Positions 17,587 through 27,130 of a stretch of DNA of 64,000 bases are shown piece after piece; positions within the stretch are counted from its first letter, which is position 1; each line of letters opens with the position of its first letter. The notes under the pieces are model-generated. The model had not been told where the DNA came from, did no database searches, and saw only the letters and a list, made by a program, of their open reading frames with translations. The stretch comes from a virus: IMG/VR virus record IMGVR_UViG_3300010048_000001, positions 41,197 through 105,196 of that record. One strand, written 5' to 3'. Made by a program: the position numbers and the translations under genes.

Positions 17587-17985
17587 TTAGCGCCCACTCG
17601 AACTACGGATCACCGCGCCCGTATGGGCGAAAGCTAGGCCAATCCAGCCGATCTGATCGTTCAGGATAAATTCCCAGGGCCGCTGGGTTCCATCCGCGTA
17701 GGTCTGCTGAACCACACACCACGCGACAAATCCGGCAACGATCACAAGGATGAATTGCTGCGGACCTAGCAATGCGAGCCGGACAAAGGGCGAAAGCCTC
17801 CGATTGAAGACCGACAACAGGGCTATGTCCGCACACGCCATCATCGCCAGCGACACGAACATGCGATCACTGCCATCGGCCGCAAGGTTGTCCGCTACCC
17901 ACATCAGGCTCGCCAATGCGATCCCATCGCCCGAATGCGGGAACAGCAAAAGCAGCCACGCCTGGATAAGATGAACCAGCGACAC
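17587..17985 (-). CDS. Multi-pass membrane protein (holin-like)
   Basis: 3-4 hydrophobic segments. Confidence 0.55.
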   Translation of the reverse strand: MSLVHLIQAWLLLLFPHSGDGIALASLMWVADNLAADGSDRMFVSLAMMACADIALLSVFNRRLSPFVRLALLGPQQFILVIVAGFVAWCVVQQTYADGTQRPWEFILNDQIGWIGLAFAHTGAVIRSSSGR

Positions 17986-18164
17986 CGTCGCAATCGTGAA
18001 CGCGCCCGGATGGCCGATCGCTTCCCGTATTTCAGCCAGGAATTTCAGTGTGTACCTTCATGCCCGAAAAATTCTCCGGTGGGAGGATTTTAGGGCCGAG
18101 GTGTCGGGCTCAGCCGTTAATCATTTGAACTAGCACGATTAACGGGATTGTGTCGAGAGAAGGC

Positions 18165-18362
18165 TTACGCCGCAGGCTTATGCCGCCCCAGCATATCGAT
18201 CGCTGTAGGTGCCGAAGCTTCTTGACAGGGAATATGGCCGCCGTCATCCCTGGCGTTGAGGCACCAGCAGCCGGTGTTGGTCCCCTTAATGATCGTGAAA
18301 CAGATCCGACGAAGGCGCCACAGAGCCTCTATGTCGAAGGAATCGGCTACGGGCTCCGGCAT
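18165..18362 (-). CDS. Small Cys-rich protein
   Basis: GCWCLNARDDGG; paralog of the upstream ORF. Confidence 0.55.
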   Translation of the reverse strand: MPEPVADSFDIEALWRLRRICFTIIKGTNTGCWCLNARDDGGHIPCQEASAPTAIDMLGRHKPAA

Positions 18363-18364
18363 AA

Positions 18365-18613
18365 CTATGCATCCCGGTATGAGTAGCGAGCGTCGCCTAC
18401 CTTACCGGGATCAATCACCAGGACTCGGCTCACGCACTGCAGCGTTACGTCGTTGCCATTGTCATCGCGCGAATAGCACCAGCATCTGCCATATTCCGCG
18501 CTCGCAGCATTGGAGAGATTGCTTTTCGAGAAGCAGCATCGCATCCGTATGGCAGCTAACCGCGCCATCCTTTCGCCGATGAAATCGGCATCGTGGCACA
18601 CCTGGTCCCCCAT
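18365..18613 (-). CDS. Small Cys-rich protein
   Basis: RCWCYSRDDNG. Confidence 0.55.
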   Translation of the reverse strand: MGDQVCHDADFIGERMARLAAIRMRCCFSKSNLSNAASAEYGRCWCYSRDDNGNDVTLQCVSRVLVIDPGKVGDARYSYRDA

Positions 18614-18631
18614 AGCACAGCCTACCAACCG

Positions 18632-19099
18632 TTAGAACGGCACATCATCGAGATCATTGGCTTGATACTCCGCAGGCAAATCCCCGGCCGTAGCGCCATT
18701 CTGTCGAGACGGTGGACGAGTGCCTGAGCGCTCAGACGATTGGGAGCGCCCCGGACCGTCAAGCATCTGCATCTTCGCATCAAACCCAGACAGCACGATT
18801 TCAGTGGTGAAACGATCCTTGCCGGTCTGGTCAGTCCATTTTCGCGTTTGAACTTTGCCCTGGACGAAAAGCTTGGAGCCTTTGGTGACGTAGGCTTGCA
18901 CCACCTTGATGAGCCCTTCACTCCGAATGATGATGTTGTGCCATTCCGTCCGTTCCTTGCGCTCACCGGTGTTGCGATCCCGCCAGCTCTCCGTTGTTGC
19001 GAGACTGAATGTCGCAATTTGCGTGCCGTTACTCAGCGACCGAATTTCCGGATCCCGCCCGACGTTTCCGATCAGCATCGCGCAGTTCAAGGATGCCAA
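18632..19099 (-). CDS. ssb: Single-stranded DNA-binding protein
   Basis: LIGNVGRDPE, ATTESWRD, TEWH and a C-terminal DDVPF tail. Confidence 0.97.
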   Translation of the reverse strand: MASLNCAMLIGNVGRDPEIRSLSNGTQIATFSLATTESWRDRNTGERKERTEWHNIIIRSEGLIKVVQAYVTKGSKLFVQGKVQTRKWTDQTGKDRFTTEIVLSGFDAKMQMLDGPGRSQSSERSGTRPPSRQNGATAGDLPAEYQANDLDDVPF

Positions 19100-19100
19100 G

Positions 19101-19601
19101 TCATGCCTCCAAAAGAATCTCGGATAGATCTTTGTTCAATGCAGCATTCGGCACGAACCACGCCGGCGGCCGGTTGGACTCAGATCGCAGCCAATGGTCC
19201 TGCTTGGCATCAGCCCCGGATATCCATCCGAGGACCCGAAAATGGGGAGACCGCCCCGCAACCAGGACGAAATAATCAAGCGGATGGTCGGTATCTCGTA
19301 CAATCAATGTTCCAAATCCATCGGGCGGCTTTGGTGCCCGACAGGGTGCGGTTCTGATTTGCAGATTGTGCCTGACATCGGCGTGCTTGAACGTGTTCAC
19401 CGACTCTGACCAGACAATCCCTGTCGCTTTGCAGAAAGCCGCCTCACCGGCCGCACCGGGCAAATCCGGAGCTAGCGGATCTCCCACATAGCCGTGCCGC
19501 TGCGTAAATGTGCAGGACGCAGCATTGCGTTTCTCGGCAACCTTAACGCTCCGAGCCACCTCGTCGTCAGTCAACGTCACATCGATCGGAGCCACTAACA
19601 C
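19101..19601 (-). CDS. Hypothetical protein, possible restriction-endonuclease-like fold
   Basis: GAAGEAAF...ADV...QIRT...YFVLV...LGWI pattern. Confidence 0.6.
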   Translation of the reverse strand: MLVAPIDVTLTDDEVARSVKVAEKRNAASCTFTQRHGYVGDPLAPDLPGAAGEAAFCKATGIVWSESVNTFKHADVRHNLQIRTAPCRAPKPPDGFGTLIVRDTDHPLDYFVLVAGRSPHFRVLGWISGADAKQDHWLRSESNRPPAWFVPNAALNKDLSEILLEA

Positions 19602-19689
19602 CAGCTGACTTTCCCTATGGCGGATTCGATCCCCTCAGTTTGCTCGGACGCAGCCGCGCCAGTGCGGCGCGGCGTGGGGCGAAGCGAGC

Positions 19690-20260
19690 CTAGTCGCGAG
19701 CGGAGCACGAAACGGGACGGCTCATTTTGTACCCTCATAGACTCTCTGTACCACAGACTCTGGGTAATTAGTACCCTTTATTTTTTATACTCTCTCTTGA
19801 GAGGTAAGAATCCTTAATCCGCGCGCCCGCTATATACGCGCACGCGTATCAACCGTGACGAGTGAGTGGTTTGGGAAATTGCTCTTAATGCAAGCGCAGC
19901 GCAAGCGCAGCGACGCATCTGACATAATTCCTCCTAACTTCAATGTGTTAAGCATTGTACAGAAAAATTATGGCGCTTTGGAGAAAACTGCAAGCGCAGT
20001 GCAAGCGCAGGCGCAAGCGCAGACAATACGCCCCGCCACACCCAAAACTCACAACTACAGATGGAAACCATTGATTTACTTCATAAAAGCGCTTGCGCTT
20101 ACGAATCGATATATCTTTTCGTAAGCGCAAAGCCGGTTGCAGGCAATTCGCTAGAGAAATCCTGGCGATTCCGTATTGTACAGAAAAATAATGGCGCTTA
20201 CGGAACTTAAAGTTGTAAGAGAAAAGCGCCAGTAAAATTATGTACAATAGGAACGCGGAG
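19690..20260. repeat. Putative replication origin with iterons
   Basis: AT-richer non-coding region. GCAAGCGCA at 19890, 19901, 19990, 20001 and 20013. ATTGTACA-N9-TGGCGCTT at 19954 and 20175, and inverted at 20224. 13-bp inverted repeat 20093-20105/20118-20130. Lies directly downstream of the primase and helicase genes. Confidence 0.65.
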
Positions 20261-20279
20261 GGGCCTTTATGTCCTCCGA

Positions 20280-21479
20280 TCACGTCGATTCTTTCTCGTC
20301 TGAATACCGCATGTCGGCGGGCCGCAGATACTTATGAATGTGCCTCGATGGCCCTATGAGCTCCACAACAACCACCCGACCACTCTCAAGCAAGCGGGCT
20401 TGAGATGCCTCTATGTCATAAGCCGATACGCTCGCAAGCTCCCGCCGCTTCTTAGCGAGTTTCGCAAGACAATTAGGAGCCTGAAAATTGAGAGCAACGC
20501 GAGAGTCCATGCTGATTAACCAACGGAGAAACTCGTATACATCACGATCAAGCGCTGGTTTTTCATACTGGTAGAGAGTGCGATCCTGCTCACGAACGAA
20601 GACGCCGTCTTTCCAGGTTAGGTCTATTTCGCCGCTCCCAGGCCCCTGATTGTTCTTCATGGTACGTAGGATGCGCCGATTGTCGTCCTCGAGTTCCTCG
20701 GGATCGTTGTCAGCAGCATCACGCCGAGGTCGCGTTAGATACATGCGTGAGCGCACCGAATTATTCCAAGCCGTAGAGCCGGAAATGCCCGAACCGCTGC
20801 TCATCCCCATAACGCTAGGGTGCGCGGTAATGATCACCACGCCCTGGATACGCATCGCGAATTGGCGCAGCATTGTAATGAACCGCCGCACCTGCACACG
20901 CACATATTCTTGCCCGCCGAAGGCGTCCGCTACTGTGTCGATGACGGCATATTGGACGCCGAAATCGAGCGCTGCTTCTTGAAACTGATCCCACAGTGGC
21001 GTTGGCTCGATCCGGTCGGTCCGACGCTCAAATTCCGCCAGGATATTTTCCATCCCGACACGGGAGGAATATAGGACCTCAACGTCTGGGTGCTCGCAGC
21101 CATAATGATCGTTGATTTTTTCCTGACGACGATGCAATTCGTCCTCATCATCTTCGCAGAATAAGGCGATTCCCTTACCTTTTTTGGTCTTTCTTCCGAA
21201 CCAATTGGCACCTATAGAAGCAGCCGTCAGGAGCTGCTGCATAATCAAAGATTTGCCCAGCCCGCCATCGCCCGACAGCATCACTACGGTACCCTTGAGC
21301 ATGCAGCCCTCGACCATCCAGTCATAGCCTTGGGCGTCCTGCTGGTACCATTGAGCCGGAGAGAAAGTTTCAAACCGTTCGAATATCAGGGGCTTTGGTT
21401 TGAACGGCTGATAAAATCCGCCGCCCGGGAAATTGGTTATGGTGCCGCGGTCAGATCCGCGGCCGTTGTTGTTCGGCAA
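20280..21479 (-). CDS. RepA-like (AAA_25) replicative helicase
   Basis: Walker A GDGGLGKS, CEDD, VIDT, HPS, SGSTAWNNSVRSR. Confidence 0.9.
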   Translation of the reverse strand: MPNNNGRGSDRGTITNFPGGGFYQPFKPKPLIFERFETFSPAQWYQQDAQGYDWMVEGCMLKGTVVMLSGDGGLGKSLIMQQLLTAASIGANWFGRKTKKGKGIALFCEDDEDELHRRQEKINDHYGCEHPDVEVLYSSRVGMENILAEFERRTDRIEPTPLWDQFQEAALDFGVQYAVIDTVADAFGGQEYVRVQVRRFITMLRQFAMRIQGVVIITAHPSVMGMSSGSGISGSTAWNNSVRSRMYLTRPRRDAADNDPEELEDDNRRILRTMKNNQGPGSGEIDLTWKDGVFVREQDRTLYQYEKPALDRDVYEFLRWLISMDSRVALNFQAPNCLAKLAKKRRELASVSAYDIEASQARLLESGRVVVVELIGPSRHIHKYLRPADMRYSDEKEST

Positions 21480-22431
21480 GTGCTTCCCTCCGATACCGTT
21501 CGGCGATCAGCCAATCGTCGAAATCCCCATACTCTTCGGGAGGGAACACGACCTCAGAATCGAGCCCTTGCTCGATGTATGAATCTCGAGCCTTGTAGGC
21601 TTCTCTTTCCCCCACCTTACCACTACCATCACGATCGCCGAAGATCACGATTCGCCGGACGTGCGGCGGTATCTCTACGCGGCCCATGCGATACACTCCT
21701 AGCGCGGCCCAAACCGGGATCCCATAGAGGCACTTCGCCGCGAGCGCTGTCTCGATGCCTTCGGCGATCCCCAACGTAGCGACCCTGGCTGGCCCGAGAT
21801 GGACCGCGCCGGCATCGAGCGGACCTAGCGACATTTTCTCCGATTCGATCGGAGCTTTGGTGTTGGGCGTTATAGGGCGCCCGTCATCGAACCAGAATTT
21901 ATCCTGCAGCCAAATCCTTTGGATCGCGATAACCCGCCCCTCGAGGTTCTGCACCGCAGCCACAAGCGCTGGCCAACTTGTTTTTGTCTTGCTGTGCCAC
22001 AATTCAGGCACGTAGCGAATCGAGACAGGGATTGTCCGCAGCTCGATCCCACGAGTATAGAGATAAAGCGAAACCGGAGTGCGCTCCGGCGGCTGCGCGT
22101 TCAGGAAAATCTTCCGTGCAGCCTCACGCAGCGCCCTCTCGTCATTGTCGAGTTCGCCCGTGGGCAGCGGCAATTTCTGCGGCTGAATGCGGACGCCAAA
22201 ATAATCCCGGTCCGGCCATAGGCCTCGGGCTCGGAGCGCATCAAGAACGCGCTCTTGGGAACACCCGGCGAAGCATCTAACTAAGACGCGCCCATACTTC
22301 TCGTGAACACTGAGACTGGGCGTCCTATCATCGTGCGCTGGGCACCGGCACATGCCACCCCGAGAGCCCCGCCACTTCCCCTTGAGAGAAGTGACAATTT
22401 GCCTGCCGCTGGCTTGGTCGACGAACGCCAT
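21451..22431 (-). CDS. DNA primase (zinc finger plus Toprim)
   Basis: CRCPAHDDRTPSLS...CFAGC; IAEGIETAL; FGDRD; DFDD. Confidence 0.9.
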   Translation of the reverse strand: MAFVDQASGRQIVTSLKGKWRGSRGGMCRCPAHDDRTPSLSVHEKYGRVLVRCFAGCSQERVLDALRARGLWPDRDYFGVRIQPQKLPLPTGELDNDERALREAARKIFLNAQPPERTPVSLYLYTRGIELRTIPVSIRYVPELWHSKTKTSWPALVAAVQNLEGRVIAIQRIWLQDKFWFDDGRPITPNTKAPIESEKMSLGPLDAGAVHLGPARVATLGIAEGIETALAAKCLYGIPVWAALGVYRMGRVEIPPHVRRIVIFGDRDGSGKVGEREAYKARDSYIEQGLDSEVVFPPEEYGDFDDWLIAERYRREALAEQQRPRI

Positions 22432-22437
22432 TGGTAG

Positions 22438-22635
22438 TCAGGAAGAGTGCTGGCTGCGGCGTCTCTCGCAGCCTGATTTCACACAAACCCAGAGATCGCA
22501 GGTCTCATGACAAGACCAGACTTGCTCATCCGTGAGCGCAGCTCTGCGACGCTCGCACGCGATCTCGTCGCGCCTCGCGCGAATCGCCTCAAAGTCGTCT
22601 GCCACGCGAGCTCTCGCGGGTGGCTCCTCTGTCAC
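22438..22635 (-). CDS. Small Cys-rich protein
   Basis: VADDFEAIRARRDEI followed by a C-terminal Cys cluster. Confidence 0.55.
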   Translation of the reverse strand: MTEEPPARARVADDFEAIRARRDEIACERRRAALTDEQVWSCHETCDLWVCVKSGCERRRSQHSS

Positions 22636-23204
22636 TGACCGTACCGCAGTTGCGCAGGGCCTGCGTGGTGCCAGTCCCATACAAACCAGGAAAAATTATG
22701 ACGCGGCGAGGCCGTATGGAGTGCTGCCCATCGTGGTCGCTTCGTCAACACCAGCTTCAGCGCGAATGGCTCGCACTCAAAGAGATCTACCCGGCCGCTG
22801 GCACAGTCGTACTCATTGCGCAGCAGCATGGCGACCTTGCCGCCCGCCCGCTGCGTTAGGCGTATCGCGTGGCGGATGAATGGCTCGGCAAGCTGGTAGG
22901 GCGGGTTGGTTACGATCGAGAAAAGGCCGTCGCCCGGTGAGGAATGTGTGAGAAAATCTGCCGATGCCGCACCTTTGCAGCCCAGAGCATCGCCAGCTAT
23001 ATCGCTGATCATGACGCTGTACCCAGCATCCGTCAGAACATCGGCCATATCGCCACGACCGCAAGCGGGCTCCCACACCAGCCCACGCAACTTCACACGA
23101 TCGAGTAGGGCTTTCGTCACCCAGGACTCGGTGTGATATACATCGCCACCGCAGCGCTCATACCCAGACCCTCCAAGCATCGCCGGATCTGGCCTTCCGC
23201 TCAT
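22632..23204 (-). CDS. DNA adenine methyltransferase-like
   Basis: D.Y.T, WEPACGRG, IVTNPPY. Confidence 0.85.
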   Translation of the reverse strand: MSGRPDPAMLGGSGYERCGGDVYHTESWVTKALLDRVKLRGLVWEPACGRGDMADVLTDAGYSVMISDIAGDALGCKGAASADFLTHSSPGDGLFSIVTNPPYQLAEPFIRHAIRLTQRAGGKVAMLLRNEYDCASGRVDLFECEPFALKLVLTKRPRWAALHTASPRHNFSWFVWDWHHAGPAQLRYGQ

Positions 23205-23485
23205 GAAAGCTTCTCGATGGCCGACACTAAGGCCCAGTCCCTTCTTGAGCGCCTGGCCGCAGCATCCGCTCGGGCATCCCTGTTTTTGCGATAGTGCAGC
23301 TTCGACTGCCGATTCGGGTCGTCGTCACGTACTGGCGGTAATGCTCGCCGTTTTCTCTCAGCAACCCAGATATCGACGAGGCCGTTTTGCGAGACGTGTA
23401 TTTTCAGTGTGTCTCCTGGCGGAACCTCGACTTCCTTGCAGACTCCAGCGATGGTGATTTGCGCCATCATGACAATCTGCCTCAA
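23201..23485 (-). CDS. Hypothetical protein
   Basis: Coupled at both ends. Confidence 0.5.
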   Translation of the reverse strand: MRQIVMMAQITIAGVCKEVEVPPGDTLKIHVSQNGLVDIWVAERKRRALPPVRDDDPNRQSKLHYRKNRDARADAAARRSRRDWALVSAIEKLS

Positions 23486-23904
23486 TCGGCAATTTGCGTA
23501 ACGGTGATTACGAGCTTCGGCTGCACACCGTAGACCTTGCGGGCATGCAACTCAGAGATGCGTGCGTCGTCGGTGTAGACGACCCCCTTGCACGCATCTT
23601 TTATCTGCTTCACTATATTGTCTAGGTCGGGCTTTACGGTATGCTGCGCTAAACCAATGATCGCGGCATTCTTCTTTTTCTTTGACCATGACTTTGGCAT
23701 TTGGAACTCGGCACTCACGTCCATCCGCACCGCGTGGTCTAATATTTCGTGTTCGCCATCAATCATGGCGTGCTGCGCCACTATACGCAGGGTTGCGGCG
23801 TTGTTGCGCTGCTTTTGTGGCGTAAATCGCACTTTACCATTGCCACCGGAGCGCGCCCACGGTACCGGCTGACCGAGCAGCGTGATTCTGACCGGCTCTA
23901 CCAT
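23482..23904 (-). CDS. rusA: RusA-family Holliday junction resolvase
   Basis: KPDLDNIVK...DA..GVVY.DD.RI..L...K.Y. Confidence 0.9.
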   Translation of the reverse strand: MVEPVRITLLGQPVPWARSGGNGKVRFTPQKQRNNAATLRIVAQHAMIDGEHEILDHAVRMDVSAEFQMPKSWSKKKKNAAIIGLAQHTVKPDLDNIVKQIKDACKGVVYTDDARISELHARKVYGVQPKLVITVTQIAD

Positions 23905-23919
23905 TTTTGAAGGCGATTA

Positions 23920-24234
23920 CTACACAGAGAAGTCGACTGCTCGCATGGCAGCAGCACCAAGCGGGGTCTCGACAAACTCACCCAGCGCGGCAATCAGCCT
24001 ATCGATCGCTTCCTCGGTCTCTTCGCGCGCATCGCGCTTGTCCGCAGGCTCGAAAGACCGCTTTGCCGCGGCGCGGAGGACCCTGACGTTGTGCCCGTCT
24101 TCCTTGGCTTCTTGAGCCAGGCTCTTGCGGTCTTCCTTCAGCGCCTCCGCCTGCCGCTCGAGCTCGACGAAGCGCTTAAGGTACTCCATCTCGTTCAGTA
24201 CGGGCCGATTACGCCCGTGGTTGCTCTTTGACAT
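23920..24234 (-). CDS. GapR/DUF2312-like DNA-binding protein
   Basis: L..FVELE......EDRK....EAK.DG.NV.VLR.....R. Confidence 0.65.
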   Translation of the reverse strand: MSKSNHGRNRPVLNEMEYLKRFVELERQAEALKEDRKSLAQEAKEDGHNVRVLRAAAKRSFEPADKRDAREETEEAIDRLIAALGEFVETPLGAAAMRAVDFSV

Positions 24235-24239
24235 TGGGA

Positions 24240-24611
24240 TCACACTCCAGCCAGCGGGGCGCCAACGCAAATGCCCCCTGTGTTGCCGATGCCAGATTGC
24301 CTCGGATCTTCGTCTCTAATGACGGTGGCGAGACTGCCGTAGTCGCGAGTCTCGATGTCATGGCCATGATAGGATACCGGTGGCCAGACGCCGGTAGCGT
24401 AGGGCGCAATGGTCACAGCATAGCGCCATTTCTCGGCGCGTCGCGCACAGCTCCGACTGCAGTATTTCCTTTGGACAAAGTCACCAACATCCTCTTTCGC
24501 GCGCCGGATCAGAGGGCTTGCGCAGTCACTCAGGTCGCACACGCGGCCATCGCCGGCGCCCACTGCCGTTTGGGGATATTTGTACCTGCTCGGGGTCTGT
24601 AACTCGCTCAT
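24240..24611 (-). CDS. Zinc-binding hypothetical protein
   Basis: CDLSDC...RKYCSRSC. Confidence 0.6.
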   Translation of the reverse strand: MSELQTPSRYKYPQTAVGAGDGRVCDLSDCASPLIRRAKEDVGDFVQRKYCSRSCARRAEKWRYAVTIAPYATGVWPPVSYHGHDIETRDYGSLATVIRDEDPRQSGIGNTGGICVGAPLAGV

Positions 24612-25152
24612 GTGACGGGCTTCCCGGGCACCAGGAGTCGTTTGCTGGTTCTAAGGAGCCAGAGGTCTGCTGCGATAGAAGACTCGATGACTCGCATGCA
24701 CAGTCGTCGGATGTAGTCCAATTTCGTCCCCTTCGAACTTCACTAAGAAGGTTCTCAAGCTGCTGTTCCAGCCGATCGAACCTTCGGAGCATCTCGTCGA
24801 GTGGCGGGGGCTGCGGCACCAGTCCCCACACTAACTTGGCGAACTCGTCTCCAAAGACCGCGCATGCGACGGACAGCCTTTCTACTGTCCAGCACTTCCC
24901 GCATCGGAGATACTGCGCCATGCGGACGCTAACCCCGAAGATGCGAGCAACGTGCTTATCCCTGTTCTGATCCGGTATGAGCTGGTCAAGCGCATCGCCA
25001 GCCTTCTGCGCGAGGGATACTGCGTTAAACGCAGTATCGCTGCGCCCCTTTCCGATCGACAATGTTCCGGCTCCAGCTGAAAGTTGCAGTCGTGGATACC
25101 GATGGTGAAGGGACTGAAAATGGAACCGCCGCAGAGGAGCCCATTGGCCCAT
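24526..25152 (-). CDS. CII-like HTH regulator (start uncertain)
   Basis: KHVARIFGVSVRMAQYLR HTH; downstream of cro. Confidence 0.55.
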   Translation of the reverse strand: MGQWAPLRRFHFQSLHHRYPRLQLSAGAGTLSIGKGRSDTAFNAVSLAQKAGDALDQLIPDQNRDKHVARIFGVSVRMAQYLRCGKCWTVERLSVACAVFGDEFAKLVWGLVPQPPPLDEMLRRFDRLEQQLENLLSEVRRGRNWTTSDDCACESSSLLSQQTSGSLEPANDSWCPGSPSHERVTDPEQVQISPNGSGRRRWPRVRPE

Positions 25153-25469
25153 ACCCCTCTGCGGCGGTCACCGTTGCAGACCGGCCAAGCGGGAGTTCCC
25201 CCCACCCAACTTGGTCGGTCCGCTGCAAGCGGGCCCGTCGGCTCCGCTTCCCCCGAACGGTCATCTGGTCGAAACTGCACCGAGACTGGCGTTGAAATTG
25301 TCTTGCCCGGAGATTGGTGCGGAATCCCGCACGCAAAGTGGCATGCAGTGCGCGTGCGCGGACGCATCGTTGCCATCATTGAGAATAGAGCGGAAGCAAT
25401 CCGCTTCGCACGGTTACTGCACGCCACACTCAACAAAGTCTCCCCAGCGCATTCGCGCTGATGATTTAT

Positions 25470-25709
25470 TTACGCAGCGTCAGCTTTCGCTTTAGCTGCA
25501 ACCCTTGCCAGAGCTTCAGCGGTTACGTTTGGGAGCCCGCACTCCTGTGCAGCCACCACGACCCGCATCCACAAGTCAGAAGGGATCGACTTTCGCCAGC
25601 GATGCTGTTTAGCCGTGTTGTAACTTATTCCGACCGCGCGAGCGTACTCGCTCGCTCCTCCGAACAAGTCGATCACTGCGGCGAAATCGATGAACCCTTC
25701 GTCAGGCAT
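25470..25709 (-). CDS. Cro-like repressor
   Basis: VIDLFGG...YARAVGIS......W...IP...W; divergent from cI. Confidence 0.8.
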   Translation of the reverse strand: MPDEGFIDFAAVIDLFGGASEYARAVGISYNTAKQHRWRKSIPSDLWMRVVVAAQECGLPNVTAEALARVAAKAKADAA

Positions 25710-25717
25710 GGGCGTTA

Positions 25718-25746
25718 TAGGTGACATTATGTACCCGCCCTGTCAA
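25718..25746 (-). promoter_or_regulatory. PR-like promoter with variant operator
   Basis: TTGACA (25746-25741), 5 nt, then GGTAC-ATAAT-GTCAC. Confidence 0.65.
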
Positions 25747-25773
25747 GCCCCCTGCGTACCAGATATCTAGGCT

Positions 25774-26238
25774 ATGTTCCCACTCAAGATGACGCCATCC
25801 GATCGCCTACGCAAAGCGCGGCGCGCCGCGGGCTTCTCAGGCCCGACCGATGCCGCGAGGCGGTTTAACTGGAAACTCGAAACCTACAAGAAGCATGAGT
25901 CGGGAGGGCGCGGGATTACGGTCCGCATGGCGTCTAAGTACGCCCGCGCGTTCAGGGTGGCAGCGGCTTGGTTGCTATACGGAGAAGGGCGGGCACCTGA
26001 GCCATCACAGGCGCAAAATGAGGACCCCTTCGATCAGGATATTCTGACCCGCGCTATCGCGGTTTCACGTCGGGTGCTCGGCCCCTATCCCGAAGCCTCA
26101 GCTATCGAGCCGCACATGGTTTCGGCGATTTACGCGCTTCTCCTGCGGGAGGCCGCGACACAATCGATAACGGTTGAGGATGAGGAAACGCTGCGGGTCT
26201 TGGAGGTCTTTGCTCGCGGGGTTCTTGGGCCGCGATAG
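25774..26238 (+). CDS. CI-like XRE-family repressor
   Basis: RLRKARRAAGF...DAARRF....ETYKKHESGGRG...WLLYGEG. Confidence 0.85.
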   Translation: MFPLKMTPSDRLRKARRAAGFSGPTDAARRFNWKLETYKKHESGGRGITVRMASKYARAFRVAAAWLLYGEGRAPEPSQAQNEDPFDQDILTRAIAVSRRVLGPYPEASAIEPHMVSAIYALLLREAATQSITVEDEETLRVLEVFARGVLGPR

Positions 26239-26636
26239 GCGGCCGCAGCGTCCGGCGTTATAGCCAAGAGGACCGCCAGCGCAGCCAACGAGAACGCCCA
26301 TGTCGCATCGCCACGGGCGATCCAGGACTGAACCGGGAAGAGCCTCAGCCCCGCTAAGATCGCCACTGCGCAAGCAGCCCACGCCGCGGCCCAGCCGCCA
26401 ATAATTCGCGACAGCGATATCGACAAATATAAAGGCAGCAAACACACGGTCACGTGTTGAGGACGGAATGGTTCCATCCCCACGCATAGTAAAAGACCCG
26501 CTCCCGCCAAACCGATACCAAGCCCACTATCAACCAGAGAGGTAAGGTGGCGGCTACTTGGCGTCTTCTTGCTTGTATTATTACAATAAGTAGGGATGAG
26601 TCTTTCTGCTGCACGGCGTAAAGCTGCTTCGTCCAT
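26130..26636 (-). CDS. Four-TM membrane protein (DUF4118/KdpD-TM-like)
   Basis: Four hydrophobic helices with a GG..AA..A motif; 3' end overlaps cI on the opposite strand. Confidence 0.5.
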   Translation of the reverse strand: MDEAALRRAAERLIPTYCNNTSKKTPSSRHLTSLVDSGLGIGLAGAGLLLCVGMEPFRPQHVTVCLLPLYLSISLSRIIGGWAAAWAACAVAILAGLRLFPVQSWIARGDATWAFSLAALAVLLAITPDAAAAYRGPRTPRAKTSKTRSVSSSSTVIDCVAASRRRSA

Positions 26637-26731
26637 CCCGTTAACCTTTTGTTGCAACCGAATTATGCCCCCTTAGGAGATAGTTCCGCATGCGACGAGT
26701 TGCCGCAGATGCGGTGGGGCACGAAACGCCC

Positions 26732-26757
26732 TTGACATTTGAGGTACAAACCGTACC
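26732..26757 (+). promoter_or_regulatory. PL-like promoter with operator
   Basis: TTGACA (26732-26737), 5 nt, then GGTACAAACCGTACC (26743-26757). Confidence 0.7.
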
Positions 26758-27130
26758 TTGTCCTGCACGCTATGTGTGGGGCCGGAAATGACTGAGCAAG
26801 AACTATGGGAGAGCCATCGCGAGCGTGCGCGTGTCGCAAAACTAAATGTGAGCGCCGCGGTCGTCTTGAGCATGGCGGTCTCCGGTGCGCTGTGGATTGC
26901 CATCTGGTTCGCCGGTAAGGCGATCGTCAGCGCCTGGATCGCGCCATGGCTGTAGTCGACAACCTTGCACTGATCGTTGCCGGTGTGCGGCTGCAATATC
27001 TCTTGCAGCATGGGAAAGCCGCGCTTCTCTATGAGAACGCCGCGCAATTCGAAGAGCATCCGCATTGGCTGCTCCCCGAACCATCCTGGGGATGGCCGTC
27101 GCCGCACGACACCACTGCGGAGAAAGCCCG

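Noticed and set aside
19890-20250. CRISPR array
   Set aside because: Repeats are short, irregular and in both orientations, with no unique spacers; the Cas4-like gene sits beside recT as a recombination exonuclease
19855-20283. ORFs across the repeat-rich region
   Set aside because: Translation just reflects the iteron repeats (AQAQAQ, LRLRLRL); more likely non-coding
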